Virus genome (UHGV): UHGV-0101699
Length of the DNA: 64,000 nucleotides
Strand: one strand, 5' to 3'
Origin: a virus
The translations under genes were made by a program, and so were the position numbers. Positions 57,493 to 64,000 of the stretch are shown here, piece by piece; the stretch's first letter is position 1, and each line of letters begins with the position of its first letter. The notes below the pieces were generated by a model. It saw nothing but the letters and a program-made list of their open reading frames with translations. It did not search any database and was not told the origin of the DNA.

Positions 57493-57505
57493 AAACAATT
57501 TGTTT
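57493..57505. promoter_or_regulatory. AAACAATTTGTTT palindrome (member of 4-copy TnAAACAAnTTGTTTTCT family)
   Basis: 43 nt upstream of terS start; other copies 5805-5817, 20360-20372, 23601-23613. Confidence 0.6.
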
Positions 57506-57554
57506 TCTAGTTGTATTAATTAGGTCTGGGGAATCTGTTTGAGAGCCTGCTTTC

Positions 57555-57603
57555 GTATATATTTAATAAGTGACTTATTAGTTATATATACAGCCGCAGG
57601 CTG
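57555..57603. terminator. AT-rich imperfect palindrome GTATATATTTAATAAGT-g-ACTTATTAGTTATATATAC followed by CAGCCGCAGGCTG hairpin
   Basis: read directly; downstream of gene 57626..57892. Confidence 0.35.
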
Positions 57604-57625
57604 TTAATCTGACTCCCAGACCAAC

Positions 57626-57892
57626 TTACATCACCAGTAACTTGGCTCTGGCTCGACCTAATGTCGTCAGCCCCAGAGTTCGACGCTGGTAGCCAGAATC
57701 CTCTCGCGGCCGGCAGTCGTGCTTTTCGACCAAACCTTTCTTGATCAGCGCGCGCAGGGAGAATTGCATAGACTGCTTTGTCGTCCGGTAAGGCAGCACT
57801 TCCAGCAGCTCGTCCAGATCGAGCAAATGTCCACGTTCATGGCCTAAGTTGATGGTCTTAATGATGTCTTTCTGTTTATCAGTCAGTGTCAT
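57626..57892 (-). CDS. small winged-helix-like transcriptional regulator, candidate
   Basis: 88 aa; last gene of GNAT/ABC/ParB operon. Confidence 0.45.
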   Translation of the reverse strand: MTLTDKQKDIIKTINLGHERGHLLDLDELLEVLPYRTTKQSMQFSLRALIKKGLVEKHDCRPREDSGYQRRTLGLTTLGRARAKLLVM

Positions 57893-57901
57893 GGCAAATC
57901 C

Positions 57902-58801
57902 TTATGCCGGTAACGCAATATCCAGTGGTGCATTCAGCGGTTGTTTATCAAAAGCCAGCAGTGGCAGTGTGTCAGGCAGCTGGCGACCAAAATCAGGGTT
58001 GCGATAAACCCCATAGAGCGGTGAAGTGAAGCTCAGATTGTGAATATCCTTGAGCAGTTTCACGATGCTGGCCTCATCCACCAGGCTATCCGCGATATCC
58101 TGAATGGTAGTGCCACGGTTGCGGCCTGCTTTTGCCAGAGAACTATTCTTGTGATAGTCCGCCACCAGATCTCGCAGAGCGCGGCGCCGGCGTGAATCAG
58201 TCATCGCAAACAGCTCTTTCACAATCGCTTCGTTGTCGCCGGGATCAGAACGAAAATGGCGCTGAAAGACGCGAAGCGCGCTTTCGTAGCTCTTCGGACG
58301 TTCAGGACGGATGAAGCAAAACCCTGCTTTCATGGCAAACGGGTTATATTTGCTCATCGACGACTGGATCTCGATGATTGGCCGGTCATGCATCCTGCTA
58401 ACCAGATTAATCATGCGATACGATACCCCGACGCCACGATACTGGGTGTCCACTACAGAGCGGCTGATCACAGCGAAGTTGTTGTTTACGTAACGTCCCC
58501 AGTACTGATTTGCCACAGTGGTGTTGGTTGTGGGTTTCAGCTTTGGAAACATGCGATGCCGCGGCGCCAGCAGCAGTTTAGGGAAGGCCATAACTACAAC
58601 GCCTACCAACCGACCATCTAGCTCACAACGGTAGTAGGTAGGGGCGAACGGCTTCCCATCTGTCTTGTAGTGAAGCGACTTAAGCGCGTGCCAGTCTTCT
58701 ACCGTCCCCCTGGTGACGGTCATGCGCTCAAGAAAGTCCAGATGGCGCGGGAACTCCTCCGGGCGATACCGTTTGATGATGATGTCTGTCATGCCGATCA
58801 C
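57902..58801 (-). CDS. GNAT-like acetyltransferase-fold protein with C-terminal extension, candidate
   Basis: 299 aa; motif-A-like AVISRSVVDTQYRGVGVSYRMINLV. Confidence 0.4.
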   Translation of the reverse strand: MIGMTDIIIKRYRPEEFPRHLDFLERMTVTRGTVEDWHALKSLHYKTDGKPFAPTYYRCELDGRLVGVVVMAFPKLLLAPRHRMFPKLKPTTNTTVANQYWGRYVNNNFAVISRSVVDTQYRGVGVSYRMINLVSRMHDRPIIEIQSSMSKYNPFAMKAGFCFIRPERPKSYESALRVFQRHFRSDPGDNEAIVKELFAMTDSRRRRALRDLVADYHKNSSLAKAGRNRGTTIQDIADSLVDEASIVKLLKDIHNLSFTSPLYGVYRNPDFGRQLPDTLPLLAFDKQPLNAPLDIALPA

Positions 58802-59052
58802 CTGCGCTCGATATTGGCATTGATGAAGTCCAGGCGAAGCGATTCCATCGCCCCAACCATGACGTATGGGCGCCCACCGTTATGCCAGCAATCCAGAACA
58901 CTCCCGTCGTTATTGATCATCAGCAGCGCCAGGCTCTGGCTTTTGCCTTCTCTGGCGTACTGGAGTGCATCTTCCAGCAGGCGGATGACTTCAACGTTAT
59001 TGTTGTCAGTCTCTTTCGATGGCTTCAGCTCTACGATCTTCAAATCAGGCAT
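58798..59052 (-). CDS. hypothetical 84-aa protein
   Basis: ORF overlapping neighbours by 4 and 8 nt. Confidence 0.45.
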   Translation of the reverse strand: MPDLKIVELKPSKETDNNNVEVIRLLEDALQYAREGKSQSLALLMINNDGSVLDCWHNGGRPYVMVGAMESLRLDFINANIERR

Positions 59053-59683
59053 ATTCCACCTTCACGCGTTCTTTGTAGTGCTTGGTGATCTGCATATCCG
59101 GGCGCAGCGCGTTCTTCAGGTCTTCGTGGGTCGTCGCCACCATTACCGTCGCACCTACCTTTCGCGCGGCACGCTGGAGGTTCGACGCCACAACCTGGGC
59201 GGTAACACGATCAAGAACTGCGCCAAATTCATCCGCAGCCCATACCTTTGCGCCCGACTCAATAAGCTTGGCGATCTTGAGCCGGTATTTCTGGCCATCC
59301 GACATTTCAGAAGGTTTGCGCACAAAGAGATAGGCATCATTCAAGCCAGCCATCGAAAGCAGCCCTAACGCTTCGCTGGTGGTTTTACCCAGTTGGTCAA
59401 TGACATTGACGTCGTTGTCAAAGGTAAAGTCATCAATGGAGGCGACTGAAAGCCCTTCATCTTTCATCTGGCGTTGTAGCTCACGCAGCACGACAGATTT
59501 TCCGGAGCCTGACTGGCCAGTGATGTAGACCACATCACCCTGCTCGACTTCCAGCTCAAGATTGTCGTAAAGCGTCCAGTCTTTTTCATCCAGACCAAGC
59601 CCAAACGATTCGGCGATCTCAAGCGTGCGAGTGGTCTTGTTGACACGGGTCTGGAACGATACGTTGATGGTATATGTGCTCAT
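59045..59683 (-). CDS. stand-alone minimal ABC-type ATPase (NBD only, 212 aa)
   Basis: Walker A ITGQSGSGKS, signature MSDGQKYRL, Walker B VWAADEFGAVLD, H-loop ATTHE. Confidence 0.7.
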   Translation of the reverse strand: MSTYTINVSFQTRVNKTTRTLEIAESFGLGLDEKDWTLYDNLELEVEQGDVVYITGQSGSGKSVVLRELQRQMKDEGLSVASIDDFTFDNDVNVIDQLGKTTSEALGLLSMAGLNDAYLFVRKPSEMSDGQKYRLKIAKLIESGAKVWAADEFGAVLDRVTAQVVASNLQRAARKVGATVMVATTHEDLKNALRPDMQITKHYKERVKVEYA

Positions 59684-60357
59684 GCTTCGACTCCCCCGGA
59701 GGAAACTTTCTGCGCATAAGCAACGAACGCGTCTACCCCGCTCTCTCCCGTGATTTCTTCCATGTGGGCAAGCAAATCCCCCACGACAATCGCAGAGCCA
59801 GCAGGGAGCGTTTTAAAGCCCAGAACATCGACCACTCGAACCTCTTCGGCGGCGACTTCGCGACTGATTTCGGTGTGCTCTTCTTTCTGGCGCTCGGTTT
59901 CCTCCCCCAGATCCATAACCAGTGCGCCAGTATCCATTTCTTCGGTCATGCTACCGACCAGCACGTTCAGCTCACGCTCGTCAAAGCCGAAGACTTCAAC
60001 GTCACCAAATACCAGAGACTCCAGCTCTTTCTGTAACTTGATGGCATCGTAATCAATGCTGGCCAGCCGGTTATCCTCCAGACGCTTCGCCTTCACTTCT
60101 TCATCGGACAGATCGTCGCGAACGATCACCGGCACACTTTTCAGCCCCGCTAAAAGCGCAGCTTCGCGGCGGCCATGGCCAGTAATGATGACATCGTCTT
60201 TATCGACAGTGATCGGCTGGTCAAAACCACGCTTTTTTATGGCTGCGGCCAGGTCACGGATCTGCTGCTCGTCATGCTTTTTGGCGTTCATTTCATAGGG
60301 AATGAGCTCTGCCGGGTCTCGGTAGACGATTTCGAACGTTTTGGTCATTAAATACAC
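59680..60357 (-). CDS. ParB/Srx-fold (ParB N-terminal-like nuclease domain) protein
   Basis: 225 aa; ...PITVDKDDVIITGHGRREAALLAGLKSVPVIV. Confidence 0.65.
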   Translation of the reverse strand: MYLMTKTFEIVYRDPAELIPYEMNAKKHDEQQIRDLAAAIKKRGFDQPITVDKDDVIITGHGRREAALLAGLKSVPVIVRDDLSDEEVKAKRLEDNRLASIDYDAIKLQKELESLVFGDVEVFGFDERELNVLVGSMTEEMDTGALVMDLGEETERQKEEHTEISREVAAEEVRVVDVLGFKTLPAGSAIVVGDLLAHMEEITGESGVDAFVAYAQKVSSGGVEA

Positions 60358-61058
60358 TCCTTGTAGTTATCGACCAGCCATACCAGAGCTTCACCAGCAT
60401 TCTCCATGTCGTTGCCGGTGTTGATCGCCTGCTCTTTGATGATGGATTTGATGGTTTCGGTAACGCGATCAGAAGCGTCAAACGTCACTTTGAAGCGCAT
60501 GGTCTGGTGTTCCGCACCAACACGCTCAGCTTTTTCGCGAGAGTCCTTCTCAATGGGCTCTTCGTCGCCACGCGACAACGCCTCAAGCATTTCCAGGTCA
60601 ATTGCCGACTCACGAGCTAGTGTGGCCGCCAGTTCGTCGTCGTAAGGGGCAATTTCCGACAGCTGATAATCGAGTTCTGACTGAATTTCCTCGATCAGAC
60701 GCTGTAATGCGACCTGATCGTCTTCGCCGTATCGCTCGTTATCGACCAGAGACATTTGTTTCGCTACCAGATCGCTTATTTTGCCCACCGATATAACAGG
60801 AACCGTGGAAATACCCTGTTCCATAGCGGCTCGCCAGCGATGTTCGCCACCGAGGATCTCAAATTGGCCACCGTCCAGCTCACGCGCGAGAATTGGCTTG
60901 AAAAAACCCAGTTTTTCGATGGAGCCTTTCAGTTTTTCGAAGTTTTGAGCACCAACCGAGTTGGTGTTCCAGGGATTTGGCCGGAGTCTGGCCACTTCTA
61001 CCTGCAGAATGGTAATTTTTACGTCCATACTTTTTGATACAATCCATTGCATAAGCAC
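60348..61058 (-). CDS. ParB/Srx-fold protein (second, tandem)
   Basis: 236 aa; LRPNPWNTN...FEILGGEHRWRAAMEQGISTVPVI (GxxRxxA ParB box). Confidence 0.7.
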   Translation of the reverse strand: MLMQWIVSKSMDVKITILQVEVARLRPNPWNTNSVGAQNFEKLKGSIEKLGFFKPILARELDGGQFEILGGEHRWRAAMEQGISTVPVISVGKISDLVAKQMSLVDNERYGEDDQVALQRLIEEIQSELDYQLSEIAPYDDELAATLARESAIDLEMLEALSRGDEEPIEKDSREKAERVGAEHQTMRFKVTFDASDRVTETIKSIIKEQAINTGNDMENAGEALVWLVDNYKECI

Positions 61059-61111
61059 TTACTTACTATTCTAGCCAATTAACATATAAAAGGCACGAAG
61101 GAAAGATATTT

Positions 61112-62671
61112 ATGACTGTTAGGATTGTTTCGAACGCGGTCAACGCTATGGTCTCCGGCGCTGATGACAACGTGAAGCGACTCGTCCAGGAAATGCTGAG
61201 TTACGAAGTCGAAGCTGGCGACTGGAAAGGCACCAGTACTATGTTCAACTGGAGCAAAAATGCCTTCCCCGCGGGTTTTGCTAAATCGGTAGCAGCAAAT
61301 CTGGTGAAGGCTGGCATTAAATGCGTGCATATTCGCAAAGACAAGGTTCCGGCGCTTGGTAAACCAAACCCGGCAGTTAACCCCTTCCCCTATAATCCGG
61401 ACTATGCGTATCAAGATCAGGCTGTAGAGACACTGGTTCGCGAAGGAATGATGATTGCGCAGATCGCCACAGGCGGGGGAAAGTCGAACGTAGCTTGCAA
61501 AGCCGCGGCGCGTATTGGACGCATGACGCTGTTTTTAACCACCCGCTCTGTTCTTATGTTTCAAATGGCAGATAACTTCCAGAAGTCGATCGACTATCGA
61601 GCTGAGAATGGAGAGCCGTGGCTTAAAGGTCAGAAGGTTGGCATCATTGGTTCTGGTGAGTTTCAGGTGTCTCGCCATATCAATGTCGCAACAGTGCAAA
61701 CCCTGGCGAGTTTTCTTGAAGAGCCTCCACGCGATATGCCGGCGGAGAAAAAGGCTTATCATCTTAAGCGCCGGGAGCTGGTTAAGCGATTCCTCTCAAG
61801 CGTCTCACTGCTAATCCTCGAAGAAGCCCACGAATCCTCCGGTTCAAACTTTTATGACATCGCCAGGCTTTGCATTAACGCAGACTATCGCCTGGCGCTG
61901 ACGGCAACCCCGTTTATGAAGGCTTCAACTGAGGCCAATATGCGTCTGATGGCGGTTGCAGGACGCATCGAGATAAAGGTCACTGAAAAATATCTGATCG
62001 AGCGAGGTATTTTGGCCAAACCTTACTTCGTATACCATAAAATCGCGTACACTCCGGATGAGGCTCGTATACGAGCGGAGCTCGCTTCCAAGCATCTGAA
62101 CTTCAGAGTTGGTATGAGTACGCCGTATCAGAAAGCTTATCAGCTCGGTATCGTTTACAATATTGGACGTAACGAGGCCGTCGTTCGCGACGCGCTGATG
62201 TACCGTGATCATGGACTGAACTGTATGACCCTGGTGAGGATCAAACGCCACGGTCAGATACTGATGGAAATGATGAAAGAGAGCGGCTTACGGGTAGATT
62301 TTATTTACGGTGAATCCAACCAGAGTACCAGACAGGCTAAGCTTAACAGCCTGGCTGCAGGGAAAATTGATGTGCTGATCGGCTCTACGATACTGGATGT
62401 CGGTGTCGATGTGCCAAGTGTTGGCGCCGTAATTCTTGCCGGAGGAGGCAAGGCCGAAGTCGAAATGCGTCAACGTGTTGGTCGCGGCCTTCGTGCCAAG
62501 AAGAATCAGGCAAATGTGTGTTTTATTTCGGATTTTATCGATATAAGCAACAAACACCTGATGTCACACTCATACGAACGAAAACACATTATTGACACCA
62601 CTCCCGGGTTTGCGGAAGGCGTGTTGCCTGTCGGGAGCAGTTTTGACTTTGGTGTATTACAAAGAGATTAA
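61112..62671 (+). CDS. superfamily-2 (DEAH-like) DNA helicase
   Basis: motif I QIATGGGKS, motif II LILEEAHES, motif VI QRVGRGLR. Confidence 0.8.
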   Translation: MTVRIVSNAVNAMVSGADDNVKRLVQEMLSYEVEAGDWKGTSTMFNWSKNAFPAGFAKSVAANLVKAGIKCVHIRKDKVPALGKPNPAVNPFPYNPDYAYQDQAVETLVREGMMIAQIATGGGKSNVACKAAARIGRMTLFLTTRSVLMFQMADNFQKSIDYRAENGEPWLKGQKVGIIGSGEFQVSRHINVATVQTLASFLEEPPRDMPAEKKAYHLKRRELVKRFLSSVSLLILEEAHESSGSNFYDIARLCINADYRLALTATPFMKASTEANMRLMAVAGRIEIKVTEKYLIERGILAKPYFVYHKIAYTPDEARIRAELASKHLNFRVGMSTPYQKAYQLGIVYNIGRNEAVVRDALMYRDHGLNCMTLVRIKRHGQILMEMMKESGLRVDFIYGESNQSTRQAKLNSLAAGKIDVLIGSTILDVGVDVPSVGAVILAGGGKAEVEMRQRVGRGLRAKKNQANVCFISDFIDISNKHLMSHSYERKHIIDTTPGFAEGVLPVGSSFDFGVLQRD

Positions 62672-62673
62672 TT

Positions 62674-62952
62674 ATGACCGAAAATCGCTCAATTTCATGT
62701 CAGGTGAAGCTCACCGAAAAAGCCAACGAAAAGCTTGGTTCGTTCAAAACGCGCCTGAAAGAGCGCAACATCAAAATGTCGAAGTCAGACATCATTAACC
62801 TTGTTCTGACCAAGATGAGCACAGCAGAGTTTGAGAAGATCGCGACCTCGATGGCAGCGGCTGAAAAGGCCAGGGAAAAAGTGATACAGATCTACGAGAA
62901 CTCCGGGATGACCAAGGAAGACCTGGAAGACATCCTAAAACGGCTGCCGTAG
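62674..62952 (+). CDS. hypothetical 92-aa protein
   Basis: ORF starting 2 nt after helicase stop. Confidence 0.45.
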   Translation: MTENRSISCQVKLTEKANEKLGSFKTRLKERNIKMSKSDIINLVLTKMSTAEFEKIATSMAAAEKAREKVIQIYENSGMTKEDLEDILKRLP

Positions 62953-62977
62953 ACTTCTTCTTTTTCCCCGTCATGCA

Positions 62978-63553
62978 ATGTTCATCATGTGCTCGTCAAT
63001 AACAAAGGAGCACATGATGAATTACTTAGCAGAATTACCATTTGTTGACATCTTCGATGCCAAAGCCAACAAGGCTTTTTTCTGGCGCGTCGACAATCCA
63101 CTCGATTATAAGTGCGGCGTGAACGGGGCGAAGACGTTCGTAGAGTTTATCGAGAAGTATCCATTTATGAACAACAGCAATGTTCTTTATCGGGTCGCGT
63201 GCGATATGAGCGACTCAGGGCTTATTAAATCGGAATCAGCAAGAGGGTTCTTCAATACGCTGGATACATTGCTTTCACCGAAAAGTGAAATATCAGCCAG
63301 TGGAGCAACTAAAATCAGAGGCAGAGCACGTCGCACCATCAATGAGGTAGCATGTGATATGGGGATCACAAGCATGAAACTTCTAAACTTTCTTGCTCTT
63401 ATTGGGTGGATAGACAATGCAACTGTACAGCCAACCAATGATTCGCTTACTGAAGGCGTGTTACGAAAAAACAGCAAAATGCCGTTTGGTTTCACAATAA
63501 CCAGAAAGGGTGAACGCTTGATTGCGAGCAAATACCAAGCATTGAGTAAATAA
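62978..63553 (+). CDS. hypothetical 191-aa protein
   Basis: ORF. Confidence 0.45.
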   Translation: MFIMCSSITKEHMMNYLAELPFVDIFDAKANKAFFWRVDNPLDYKCGVNGAKTFVEFIEKYPFMNNSNVLYRVACDMSDSGLIKSESARGFFNTLDTLLSPKSEISASGATKIRGRARRTINEVACDMGITSMKLLNFLALIGWIDNATVQPTNDSLTEGVLRKNSKMPFGFTITRKGERLIASKYQALSK

Positions 63554-63684
63554 TCAACGACATGCCGGAGCTTACTTGCTCCAGCATGTGATCTACATCA
63601 CATTTCAATTATCTCGCACCTCCGGCTGAAAAAAGATCTTGATTAGCTTAGATATATGAGTAGCCTCCATTTCATAGAATTTAA

Positions 63685-64000
63685 ATGGAGGATCTGGGAG
63701 TGGCTCTTTCAAATATACAACTTCAAACCATCATTAATAATTCTGTTGACAACCCACATTATTTACTGCTGAATAATGACATAAGAATACAACGGGCAAA
63801 AGAAACAAATAAAAAAGAACATGCTAGAGGGTTCTATTTTGGAGATGAGCACATAAACTCATTAAAAAGTCCAAATATCGATCCATTTCATATATACATA
63901 ATTTCACCAGAGAATCAATCAAGAAGAGATGATTACTCGCTGGTCATATTCCCTTTCGACATTAAAAAATTAATTCATATTATTGATAGAATAGACGGCA
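63685..64000 (+). CDS. AT-rich partial ORF (MEDLGVALSNIQ...), runs off window end
   Basis: open frame from ATG 63685; very low GC. Confidence 0.35.
   Translation, partial: MEDLGVALSNIQLQTIINNSVDNPHYLLLNNDIRIQRAKETNKKEHARGFYFGDEHINSLKSPNIDPFHIYIISPENQSRRDDYSLVIFPFDIKKLIHIIDRIDG

Noticed and set aside
57626-61058. Interpreting the tandem ParB-fold genes as the partner of the ParA partition ATPase
   Set aside because: ParA already has an adjacent small partner 34 kb away. These genes are co-transcribed with ABC and GNAT-like genes next to the terminase, so a second function is more likely.

Overview
The window looks like almost all of a temperate lambda-like siphovirus or phage-plasmid genome from an enterobacterial host (GC about 50%). 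Most genes are on the minus strand. Identifications rest on protein motifs I read myself and on remembered homologues; no searches were run.

From position 1 upward the layout is:
- Early/replication block (1-24,900): DnaE-type polymerase (truncated by the window edge), CobS/CobT-like AAA+/vWA pair, a lysogeny-switch-like divergent gene pair plus tyrosine integrase, an accessory patch (colicin-immunity-like gene, YafO-like toxin with a novel partner), NrdH-like glutaredoxin, PhoH, two tRNAs, ATP-dependent ligase, DnaG primase, DnaB-like helicase, and a ParA/RHH partition pair.
- Lysis cassette (25,151-26,588): overlapping Rz/Rz1 spanins, endolysin, holin.
- Lambda-like tail module (26,667-49,861): side fibre with an S74 chaperone domain, a 4058-aa J-like central fibre, then I, K, L, M, the H tape measure, G/GT, V, U and Z homologues.
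- Head/packaging module (49,852-57,450): capsid, scaffold, portal, large and small terminase.
- A translationally coupled operon (57,626-61,058) of a wHTH regulator, GNAT-like protein, small protein, minimal ABC ATPase and two ParB-fold proteins, divergent from an SF2 helicase.

The gene content (T4-like replication genes, CobS/CobT, partition genes, lambda-like tail) suggests an SSU5/pHCM2-type phage-plasmid. That is an inference only.

The most unusual points are:
- The J-like fibre, swollen by about ten tandem coiled-coil plus carbohydrate-binding-module-like repeats.
- The GNAT/ABC/ParB/ParB operon next to the packaging genes.
- A YafO-like toxin with an atypical upstream partner.
- A colicin-E1-class immunity homologue.
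- Two AT-rich opposite-strand morons, each with its own terminator.
- Two families of dispersed palindromes (TAAGTA-based, and AAACAAnTTGTTT) that look like operator sets.
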